From positions 2,604,001-2,668,000 of the forward strand of contig CP110440.1 in NCBI GenBank assembly GCA_026914245.1: a stretch of DNA of 64,000 nt. Reading direction: 5' to 3'. The notes beneath the pieces are model-generated. The model was not told the DNA's origin, searched no databases, and was given only the letters and a program-made list of their open reading frames with translations. Of this stretch, positions 24,475-33,903 are shown piece by piece. The DNA comes from Puccinia triticina. Its lineage: Eukaryota. Both the position numbers and the translations under genes were made by a program. The first letter of the stretch is position 1; the number at the start of each line of letters is the position of its first letter.

Positions 24475-24582
24475 TGGTCCCCCGAGCCGGGATCGAACCA
24501 GCGACCTCAAGATTTACAGTCTCGCCGATTTTTCACGGTTTCAAGACGCTTGGCGGTCAAATTCGTGCTCTTCCAACTGAGC
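24475..24582 (-). other. Extended PBS: antisense copy of mature tRNA-Tyr(GUA), nt 76-26 plus nt 25-10
   Basis: Revcomp of 24475-24525 = GCGAGACTGTAAATCTTGAGGTCGCTGGTTCGATCCCGGCTCGGGGGACCA (anticodon arm GTA, T arm, acceptor, CCA). Revcomp of 24567-24582 = GCTCAGTTGGAAGAGC (D arm). Confidence 0.85.
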
Positions 24583-24790
24583 AGAAACTTCAATTCTCTG
24601 ATCTCTCTTTTCTTTTTCTTTTTAGTGTTCAGACGCAGAGGCAAAGGAGGATACAAGTAAGTTCCTCCAATTGTGCACCTCCAAGGGTATCTGCTACACC
24701 CGTCATAAGCATTACTCTAGCCACTGCTGTGAGCCACCCGATTTCGACGCGTCTTTTCTTCTCAGATCCCCCCGCCTTTCTACGCGCGCG

Positions 24791-27700
24791 ATGGCCGACG
24801 TTACAACTGGAGCAACGAGTGCCGCCGCTGCGCGGCGCGTGAAGATTAAGCCTCAAGATAAGGCGCTGGGTTTTGATGGAACGCATGTGGAGCGTTTTCT
24901 GGCCGACTATCAGCTGGCAGCAGACTTGGACGGCGCGTCGGAGTTCGATATGGCGCAGCAAGTGCGTTTCTTTGTGCGCAAGGTCGAGGTCAAGGACGTG
25001 TTGGAGACTCTTGACGGGTATGACCCGCCGGTTTGGACCTCGCTCAAGGCTGCCATGCTCGCGTACTGGGGCCAGGTCGACACGGCGCGCTTCACTTTGC
25101 CGGATTTAGAGACCTTGGCTCAGTCGTGGATTGCTAAGGGTGGGGTCTCGTCTGTGGTGGACTATCAAGACTTTCGGCGTGTCTGGGAGCCGATACAATC
25201 CTACCTTCTTCGCAAAGCCCATATTGACTCAGTGGAGGAAATTTGGACTCTCTATTATCGATCGCTGTCAAGTGGAGTTCAGGAGCGCGTTAGAGATCAT
25301 CTGATCAAGGCTAACACTATGATCACTACCCTTGATAACCGATTTAAGCTTCCCGCTTTTGAGATCTTGAAGACCGCGGTCGCGGAGGTGATGAAAGGCC
25401 AAACGGCTTTGACTTTTGAAGACGCAAGGACTTCTTCACCTGTTCCCGCAGGTCCTTTTCAGCAGGCCAACGACGTCATGCGGAAGATTGAGCAAGATCG
25501 CCGCCCTAAAGCTCCCGCCGCGTCAGAGAAGCCACCCGCCACCATCGACGACATCTCCCAGATGCTGCAATCTTTTGAGCAGCGCTTGGAGAAGAAATAC
25601 GGTGCTCAGCCTCCTCAGTCCTCTGGCAAGGTACCGCCGGCGGAGCGCGGTCCTTTGGTTTGCTACTACTGTCACCGTGAAGGGCACGGTACCGGACGCT
25701 GTTTTGAGCTCAAGAAAGACAAAGAAGCCAATCTGGTCGAGCAGAAGGGCAACAATTTCTTCTTGCCCAACGGGGCACTTATCCCTTTCGATTCCTCGCG
25801 GCCCATTCGTCATGTGGTCGCCTCTTTCCAACCTCCTCCTACTGCTAGTGTAGTCACGCCGGAATTCCGCGCTACGTGTGGCTCCCTCGATCCCTGGTAC
25901 CCCCCGGCTGTCACTTCTCAGTCTTTTTCTGGATCCTACGAGGCGGATCCGGCGCGAAAGAAGCACGAGGCTCCAAAGCCTTACAAGGCGCCTGCGGTTC
26001 CTCCTTCAGCTGTGCGGAAGCCGGTTAAAAAGTCTACGGCGCGTGCTCCCAATTCTGAAGTAGATGACTCAGATATGGAAGCTGAATTGTTTGAGAGGGT
26101 TCCTGCTTCTCCGACCGCGGGCCCTTCTTCTCCCGAGCAGTCTTCTTCCGAGCAGCCAGCCAAGCCTGCTAGCGCTGCGCCCAAGGTGCGCTTCGAGCGC
26201 GGTATCTCCAAGGATCATCCAAACGCCGTCGAAGGCGTGCTCAAGAAGATCTCCGGTCTCAAGGTTCCGGATTTGTCGGTTTCGGAGCTTTTAGCGGTGG
26301 CACCGTCTGTTGCTGAAGGCATGAAGCGATGGGTATCGCGCAAGCGCGTCGAGGTTGGAGCGGAGGAGCTGAAGGTCTCTTCGGGTACTCTGGCTGAGGG
26401 CGTGGATTTCAAGGCGAACGGATTTGAGCCGCGGCTCTACTCGTGCCCGTTGGGCTATTTGCCGTGCTTGGTGGGAGACGAGGAGAGTAATGCATCTCCT
26501 TTGGTGGATTCTGGATCCCAGCTTAACCTTATCTTGGATGCGATGGCTGTGAGCCTGAGTCTCTATAGTGACAGCAGGACACAAGAAATGGGGGGGCAAT
26601 AGTTGGATTTCTTGGGATAAAGAAATTACAACTATAAAAGAAAAAAGAGAAAGAGAGAGAGAAACCAAGCAGGATAAGAAGGAAGAGAAGTACTAGGTTA
26701 TTCTAGTGGGAATGCACGTCCACTGGCAATGCTACTCTTCAGAAGAGTGCTGCTAATCTGTGCAAGAAGTGCTACAGCTTCCTCTCAGGAGGGTATCTGG
26801 ATTAGATAAGTCTTAATCCAGCCACAGTTTTTTAGACTTCTCTCTGGACAGTCAAGGTTCTTAGAGGGAAACCTGAGGGACAGCCCTGAACCTAGATTTT
26901 GAGGCAAAGACCTGATGATAAGAAGGGACAGCCCTGTAATCAAGATGGAGGCAAAGGCCTATAGTTTTGGAGGGACAGCCCTGTGATCAAGGAGGAAGCA
27001 AAGCAAGAAGAAGAGGCAGATCAAGCAAGACACAGAGTTGTACCTCTGAGATAATCAAGGTTCAGTGAAAGAGGTTACTTACTGTCAATATCCTAGGCGC
27101 CTGTGACGGTAGGTATACTGGGAGTAGAGTAGGCTCTTTGGTGGTGATCCTGGGGTTATCTGGGTGGTAGTTCTGGTGTGCTGAAGTCTGTAGATCCGCC
27201 TCAGGCAAGGGGGATCCTGACTACGAAAATTTTCACAGTTTGCTTATGTAATTTACATATGTACATGTGGTTTGGCGCGCCTGGTAGCGCTGACACGTCA
27301 CAACTGCGCAAGGGCGCCATAACTCAGTAACTCAGGGAAGGAGTATAGTTACAAGGAATTGATAAGTTGTAACTAGGGTTAAAATTGCATGAGGAAACAG
27401 AATATGAAGTCAAAACAAGGTTATCTCTTAAGATGAAAAAGATATAAAGTAATTTATATGTAACAAAGGTAGAACAGGCAGCTTTTAGGTCAGCTGTGAT
27501 GACTCTAAGGCTGACAATGGCTAACAAGTTCAATATTAGCCCGCGCGTCAACTTTAGTTCAGCAGTCTACGGAATTGGCAATCAAGCCTGTGAACTGGTT
27601 GGTGTCGCTGAGGACGTTCCGCTCCGCATTGGCAAATCCATCGTGGGCACGTGTCACTTCTGGATCACTCGAATGGCCGGGCCCATGATCTTGGGGCGGC

Positions 27701-27918
27701 CCTTTCTCATGGATTTCGACGCCACTCTCAGCTTTTCGGCAGAAGTAGGCGAGAGGATCTTGCTCCCGGACTCAAATGGGAGGAGGATAGAGGTTTCCCT
27801 TTGCGCGACGGATTCGGGACGGTGGGAGCGCGAATTCCCTAGCAATGGGAAGAAGGCGATCCTGACGCGCTCAAACACGGCGCGCGACGACCCTGTCGAA
27901 GGGCGTCATTTTTTATGA
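24791..27918 (+). pseudogene. Gypsy Gag-protease ORF, interrupted by a solo LTR
   Basis: FDGTHVERFL, Zn knuckle CYYCHREGHGTGRC, protease LVDSGSQLNL...ILGRPFL; split at 26548-27516 (DAMA|NKFN). Confidence 0.9.
26548..27516. mobile_element. Solo LTR, family S (copy 2), in the Gypsy protease
   Basis: TG...CA ends; TSD ATGGC (26543-26547, 27517-27521). Confidence 0.93.
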
Positions 27919-27983
27919 GTCAAGTTGATCCGTCGAGCGGCCGTGTTAATCTAGGATCTCGCCCACGCGCCGCTGGATCAACT
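27909..27983 (+). promoter_or_regulatory. Putative -1 ribosomal frameshift signal
   Basis: T TTT TTA at 27909-27915, 7-nt spacer, then a hairpin (AGTTGATCC/GGATCAACT, AGCGGC/GCCGCT, CGTG/CACG); the -1 frame is pol. Confidence 0.8.
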
Positions 27984-30900
27984 CATCATCAAGAGATTCA
28001 CCGGTCTTGTTTTTCTTTCTCATTCAATAATCAAAATATCAAATCTGAAAAACATGAAGAAAACACTAAATCCCTCAAAAACATATCATTAGATCTCAGT
28101 TCACCTTTTCTTTCCGGCTCTCTTGGCGTGTCTGCTCGTGGATCTTTTCCTTTCTCTGGCGCGGCCCTTGGCGCGTTTTCTTTTGGTAATGGTTTAATGG
28201 CGCAGGGTGGAATGGAGGATATAGGTAATCCGCGGAGGTTTGGGAGACAGGAAGTAAGTTCCTCCCAATTATGCACCTCCGGGCTAGATGCTCTATTTGT
28301 GTCAAAAACTCTACCGCGTGCCACAAATGTGAGCAAAAATTTGGAAACCCCTCTTTCCTCGGCATCAGGCTCCGACGCGACGGCCGCGACGGTTGCGGCG
28401 CTGCTCCGAAATGAGGGTAAACTACGATTTTCTTTGAATTGTGAGAATGGTGTGGTGGAATTTGGTGTTCCGTGGAGGCAATTGGGAATAGAAGTAAGTT
28501 CCTCCCAATGTGCACCTCCGAGGCGTGATGCTGCGCAAGCTTTCGAAACTCTATCTCGTGCCACACTCGTGAGCGAAGCCCTTCCGTTTGGTTTTTCATT
28601 CTCAGATAAGGCGGCTTTCCGGGATCGCGCTGAGCATCGCACGTGGAGTTTGATGGAGCACGGTCTGCGCTATCACGAGCAGATGGCGCTGGTGGATGCG
28701 TGGACGCGCGGGGAGTTCCTTTCCTTTGCCACAAAGTACAAGCCGGTGGCGCGCAAGATCAAGCCGGTCAATCAAGCTATGCCTCAAGATCTGAACCCCC
28801 CTCTGCAACGTCCGCCTCTTTCACGCGATCCGTATCGCGGTCTTCCTCGCTCTCTAGCCGGTCCTTTTGTTCCAAAGGGACGCGTCACGGAAGATTGGCT
28901 TGCTGTCGTCAACTTTGGCCCTGAAGGCTGGCTCTGGCCGGCTGAGTTGGATTTGATCAAGAATGTCTTGACGGAGCGGAACCTTTCAATAGCATTTACG
29001 CCGGAAGAGAGGGGTCTGCTCAAGGAGACCTACGGCTTGCCTTACATCATCCCCGTCGTGGAGCACGAGCCGTGGCAGAAGCGCAAGATTCCTATCCCCG
29101 CAGCCAAGTTGGACGAATTCATCAAAGTCATCCGTGAGCGCGTTGACACGGGCCTCTATGAGCAGTCAAAATCAAGCTATTCTTCCCCGGTCTTTTGCGT
29201 ACTCAAGAGCAACGGCAAATTACGCGTCGTACATGATCTTCAACCACTGAACAAAGTCACAATCAAAGACGCCGGCGTTCCTCCAGCCACTGAGGAGTTT
29301 GTGGAGTCTTTCGCAGGCCGCGCCTGCTATGGTTTAGGAGATATTATGGGCGGCTACGATGAGCGCGCATTACATCCAATCTCGCGACCACTTACTACTT
29401 TCAACACCCCGCTCGGCAGGTTTCAACTCACGCGGTTGCCCCAGGGAGCCACTAACTCTGTGGCCGTTTATCAAGCCCAGATAATGTGGATTCTCCAGGA
29501 GGAGATCCCTGATCATGCAGGTATCTTCATCGACAACGGTGGCATCAAGGGCCCAGTATCCGATTACGACAATGAGGTCCTTCCTTGGCATTCCGGCATA
29601 CGCCGCTTTATCTGGGAATACGCGACAATTTTGGAGCGCGTTCTCTTTCGGATCGAAGAATCAGGGCTTACGGTTTCAGCATCCAAGCTGGCGGCTTGTG
29701 TGCCTGCACTGGAGATCGTGGGGCATGTCGTGTGTAAAGAAGGTCGAAGGATGGCGAAGAGCAAGGTCAACAAGGTTCTCTCCTGGCCTACCCCCATCAA
29801 TGCGTCTGAGATTTGCGGTTTCTTGGGCGTAGTGGTTTATGTGCGCATCTTTATCCCCGCTTTGTCCAAGATCTGTCTCCCTCTTCGACGCCTGACGCGC
29901 AAGGACGCGGAGTGGATCTGGTCCGTGGAATGCGAAGCAGCTTTTCAGAAACTCAAGACAATCGTGGGACAGGATATTGTCCTGGTCAAGATCACTTACG
30001 GACCGGACGCGGGCAAGATTAAGTTGGCTGTGGATTCTAGCTTTCACGCCGCAGGAGCCGTGCTGACTCAAGAAGACTCCAACGGTCTAGATCGCCCTGC
30101 TCTCTATGAGTCCTTGTTGTTTTCCGACGTGGAGTCTCGGTACTCTCAGCCCAAACTGGAGTTGTGCGGCGTGGCGCGGATCCTTAAGAAACTTCAGACG
30201 GTCCTTTGGGGACAACACTTCGAGCTTCAAGTTGACGCCCAATCCCTCATTCAGATGATCAACGCCCCGAGTCTACCCAACGCACCGATGACGCGCTGGG
30301 TCGCCTTTATTCAGCTGTTCTCGTTTGATATCGTCCACCGTCCGGGCAAGTCATTCACGATGCCGGACGGTCTTTCTAGGAGGCCCATGGACGAAGATGA
30401 GTCCATTCCAGAGTCTGATTTTGATGAAGACAAGCCGCATATTCGGCCTTTAGCTTTCTGTCTAGCTTCTGCTAATGGCGAGTATTCAGGCTATCAGCAG
30501 GGTTTTTGGAGACAATTGGAACAGTATCTCTTGGATCTCGAGGTGCCGGATGGCATGCACACCAACGACTTCCGGGCGCTGAAGCGCAAATCTGTCGATT
30601 TCTTCGTTCACGCGGGCCGTCTCATGAAGCAGGGCTCCCCGTGCCCGCGAATTGTGATCACCATTCCCTCTAAACAAGATGAAGTACTCGAGAGTTTGCA
30701 TGAAGGTTTGGGCCATCGCGGCGAGGTCGAGACTTATCGACGCGTCGCGGAGCAATTCTGGTGGCCATCCTTGAAGAAGAGCGTGCTGCGCTGGTGCAAG
30801 AGCTGCGAAGCATGCCAGAAGCGCGATCTTTGGCGGCCAATGGAGCTTCGTGGACCTCCAGGCGAGAATTCTGTTTTTGGACGTGTAGCCATGGACGTCG

Positions 30901-31760
30901 TGCACATCAAGGCGGCTGGGGCTCAATATCTCATTGTGGCGCGCGACGATTTTTCGGGCTGGGTGGAGGCCAAGTTTTTAAACACCCTCAGTTCGGAGTC
31001 CGTGGCCACTTTCCTTCATGAAAACTGGACTATGCGCTATGGTTTGGCGCGCTCTTACTCGACTGACGGCGGCTCTGAGTTCGGTGGAAGGCTTGCGGAG
31101 ATGCTGCAAGAACTCCCAGGTCAGCACCGCGTCTCGACTCCCTATTATCCTGAAGGTCAAGGCATGGTCGAGCGCGGCCACGGTCCTCTCAAGGCTGCCC
31201 TCGTCAAGCTCGCCGGCGAAAGCGGTAAGAATTGTAGGAAGTATCTTCCTTTGGTCTTGTTTGCCGACAGGATTTCAACTAAGCGGTCAACTGGCTATTC
31301 TCCTTACGAGCTCATCTTTGGTCAGAGGGCCGTCCTGCCCATTGATCTCGAGATGGAATCGTACCTGGGAATTGATTGGGATGAAGTTCAAGACACAGCA
31401 GATCTCTTGGCGGCGCGCTCCCGGCAATTGGAGCACAGCAAGGAAGTGCGCGAGTTAGCGCACCGGAAGATGATGAAAGCCCGTGAGGAGTCCATCAAGT
31501 ACTGGGAAGAGAAGTCTGCAAGTCGCCTCAGGACGCCTTTGAAGCCCGGCGACATGGTCCTCGCGTACAACCGCGCTCTCGAAACTCAATGGGGCAAGTT
31601 GTTCGCCAACCGCTGGAGCGGCCCTTTTCGCGTGGTTCAGCAGGTGCGCGGAGGTTCTTACATCTTGGAGGAGCTCGACGGTACGCGGTTGGCACGGCGC
31701 TTTTCAGCGGATCAGGTCAAAAGGTATTATTCCCGTGGAGGCAAAGGAGACCAGAAGTAA
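27915..31760 (+). CDS. Gypsy Pol (linker, RT, RNase H, integrase); RT active site mutated
   Basis: SPVFCVLK, LRVVHDLQPLN, LPQGATNS, FIDNG (expected FIDDG), LAVDSS, YSQPKLELCG, HEGLGH/CEACQ, STDGGSEF, GMVERGH, WSGPF; no chromodomain seen. Confidence 0.92.
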   Translation: MSQVDPSSGRVNLGSRPRAAGSTHHQEIHRSCFSFSFNNQNIKSEKHEENTKSLKNISLDLSSPFLSGSLGVSARGSFPFSGAALGAFSFGNGLMAQGGMEDIGNPRRFGRQEVSSSQLCTSGLDALFVSKTLPRATNVSKNLETPLSSASGSDATAATVAALLRNEGKLRFSLNCENGVVEFGVPWRQLGIEVSSSQCAPPRRDAAQAFETLSRATLVSEALPFGFSFSDKAAFRDRAEHRTWSLMEHGLRYHEQMALVDAWTRGEFLSFATKYKPVARKIKPVNQAMPQDLNPPLQRPPLSRDPYRGLPRSLAGPFVPKGRVTEDWLAVVNFGPEGWLWPAELDLIKNVLTERNLSIAFTPEERGLLKETYGLPYIIPVVEHEPWQKRKIPIPAAKLDEFIKVIRERVDTGLYEQSKSSYSSPVFCVLKSNGKLRVVHDLQPLNKVTIKDAGVPPATEEFVESFAGRACYGLGDIMGGYDERALHPISRPLTTFNTPLGRFQLTRLPQGATNSVAVYQAQIMWILQEEIPDHAGIFIDNGGIKGPVSDYDNEVLPWHSGIRRFIWEYATILERVLFRIEESGLTVSASKLAACVPALEIVGHVVCKEGRRMAKSKVNKVLSWPTPINASEICGFLGVVVYVRIFIPALSKICLPLRRLTRKDAEWIWSVECEAAFQKLKTIVGQDIVLVKITYGPDAGKIKLAVDSSFHAAGAVLTQEDSNGLDRPALYESLLFSDVESRYSQPKLELCGVARILKKLQTVLWGQHFELQVDAQSLIQMINAPSLPNAPMTRWVAFIQLFSFDIVHRPGKSFTMPDGLSRRPMDEDESIPESDFDEDKPHIRPLAFCLASANGEYSGYQQGFWRQLEQYLLDLEVPDGMHTNDFRALKRKSVDFFVHAGRLMKQGSPCPRIVITIPSKQDEVLESLHEGLGHRGEVETYRRVAEQFWWPSLKKSVLRWCKSCEACQKRDLWRPMELRGPPGENSVFGRVAMDVVHIKAAGAQYLIVARDDFSGWVEAKFLNTLSSESVATFLHENWTMRYGLARSYSTDGGSEFGGRLAEMLQELPGQHRVSTPYYPEGQGMVERGHGPLKAALVKLAGESGKNCRKYLPLVLFADRISTKRSTGYSPYELIFGQRAVLPIDLEMESYLGIDWDEVQDTADLLAARSRQLEHSKEVRELAHRKMMKAREESIKYWEEKSASRLRTPLKPGDMVLAYNRALETQWGKLFANRWSGPFRVVQQVRGGSYILEELDGTRLARRFSADQVKRYYSRGGKGDQK

Positions 31761-32905
31761 GTCCTCCCAATGTATGCATCTCCAGGGTAGCTACTACCGT
31801 CTTTCAAAACCCTACTCTATGCCACATTTGTGAGCGCCGCGGTGGCCTTTGGTTCTTTCCCCCTAGTTTCCTGGATCTTTTAGGCGCGGATTCCTTTTCA
31901 ATTTCGACAGTAGGCGCGGAGCAGTCTAGGGACAGACTGCATTTGGGGAGGAGATGTGGTGCGCTATCTGGTACACGCGGTGTCAAGATCAAATTTCGCG
32001 ATGGCGCGCGGAAGACCTCAAGACGCGTGGAGGGATCAATTTTCCTGGGCGCGACGCGCGTCAAGACTCGACATCATTGGATCTCAGGCGGGCGCGCGCG
32101 CTTTGGCGCGCCGGTTCCCTTTCCCTATTTGGTTTTGTCTTTTTTGTTTTTTTTCCTTGTTTCCTTCTTTCCTTTATTTTTGTTCTTACCTGTTTGTTTT
32201 ATTTCTTATATGCGCGTGTTTGGATGTTCTGTTATGTGGTGGGTTGGTTTTGCTTGTTTGTTTGTGGTTTTGTTTGGTTTTGCTGGTTTTGTCTGGTTTT
32301 GTCTTTGGTTGTTTGTTTTCTCTTTCTTGTGTTTGTTGCACGCGCGGGGCATGATGAGCTGTCCCGCAGCATGTCACGACCCCGGAATCTGAGTTCAGCC
32401 CGAACTCAGATGATGGGGCGGCATGGGATCTCTCTGAACCGTATTTTTCCATCAAAATTTTATCGATCATCATCATTTGCGCCCTCAATCGCCTTCCTGG
32501 AGCTTTATCCATCCCGAAGACGCGTCGGACACGTTCTGATCACGCTTTGGCGTTTCCCAACTCATCCCTGATCCCTCTGGCCACGTTTCCCCGGCGTTTT
32601 TCGACGATCTTCGCCTCCTGAACCCCTCATTCAGTCGGCACTCTCCGACATTCCTCTTTGATCACGACCACCGGCCGCTTTCGCCGGTACTCCCCCTTTC
32701 CTTTCCTCAAAACAAACACCCGCCGACGCGCCTCCAACGCCGTCGTAAATCACCCCTTTCTCACCTCATCGCTACAGATTTCATCCCCCTCTTCGACCAA
32801 TTCCCGGAGGGCATCCCCAAACTTTTCCCCTCCAACAACTGCTGCCGCCTGGCACGGACGGAGTTCCACACCGTCTTATCCAGATACTCAGTGCCTGCAA
32901 GCTAC

Positions 32906-33903
32906 TTGTGGAACTACTCTTGGGATGAATAGAGCTGGAGAGGGAATGGTGCTTTAATGGGCTGCCTCTCTGGGAACAAGAAAAAGATATAAGAGTGTGG
33001 ACTCTTATGGAAAGGTGTGGCTGTAGAGGATTCTTGAGGTATGTCTTGAGGGTTACCTTTCTACTAATCTAATATTTTGTACACAGATAACAAGCTTGTC
33101 CAATCTGATTTATTGGCATAAGCAAGGCTAATGATAGGTGACCAGTGATCTGAATTACTTTGACAGGATCTGATGGCCAACAAATGAAGAGGAAAACAAC
33201 CCAGTTTATATACGCAAGAAAGAAGAGCCATGAGGAAACAAGGATAACCTGAAGGGAATCATAGTACATTCTACTTCTATAGGATGAAACAGCCATGTGG
33301 TCAGAGTAGTGGGTCAAGGAGTCACATGATGGTGTAATAGTGGGTGGGGATGATGCCATCTTCTGGGGCTATGGTGCAATCTTCCTAGTTGGAGGAGGGG
33401 ATATGTGAGACCTGACAGGGGTAGAATATTCTATGATCTAAGATAGGAGGAGTTAGGTGTCTCAGGAAGTGTTTCAGGAAGAGGTAATCTAAGGATCCAA
33501 GATAGGAGGAGTCAGGTGTTTCATGAAGTGTTTCAGGAAGTAATAATCTAGGTGGGGTTTGGGGCTATGTCTAGTATACTGTGTATCATGTTGGGTTTGG
33601 AGGGTGAAGGGTTTCAAGGGTGCTTATACATCTTTGAGCACATGGTTCTAAGGAAACACTAGAAGAAGGGGTAACATGTGATCTGGGTAGATGTTTGAGA
33701 CTAGGGAGAGGGTTTATCCAAAAGAGGGGGTGTGTGGGAATAGGAAATACTATTATCCAGGGTATGACCATTGAGTGGGGATGTTGAGGGCCTTGGGCTT
33801 TGCTGACAAGGGGGCCAGAGGTATGGTATTTAGTCTTGAGGTGTGACAGCCTTGTGATTGATGGTTGCTGGTTTTCTGGGTAGATCAGGATTGGCTTACC
33901 ACA
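32906..33903. mobile_element. About 1-kb LTR-like insertion in Copia-2 gag, probably truncated on the left
   Basis: Non-coding segment ending ...CCACA, lying between gag CKL and QDNH; internal ~55-bp direct repeat at 33439-33550; TSD not intact. Confidence 0.55.

Larger units (their letters stand above)
23557..32870 (+). mobile_element. Ty3/Gypsy LTR retrotransposon nested in Copia-2 gag
   Basis: 916-bp LTRs 23557-24472 and 31955-32870 (TG...CA, 2 mismatches seen); 4-bp TSD CCGT; PBS from 24475; PPT GGGGAGGAGA at 31945-31954. Confidence 0.96.

Noticed and set aside
24475..24582. Functional tRNA-Tyr gene on the minus strand
   Set aside because: Lacks nt 1-9 (5' acceptor strand), has a 41-nt insert between the D and anticodon arms, has encoded CCA, and sits at the PBS position
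28230..28574. Calling the repeated Gypsy motif a hammerhead or canonical HDV-like ribozyme
   Set aside because: No CUGANGA/GAAA core; HDV-like P3/L3 geometry does not fit without forcing, so it is left unclassified
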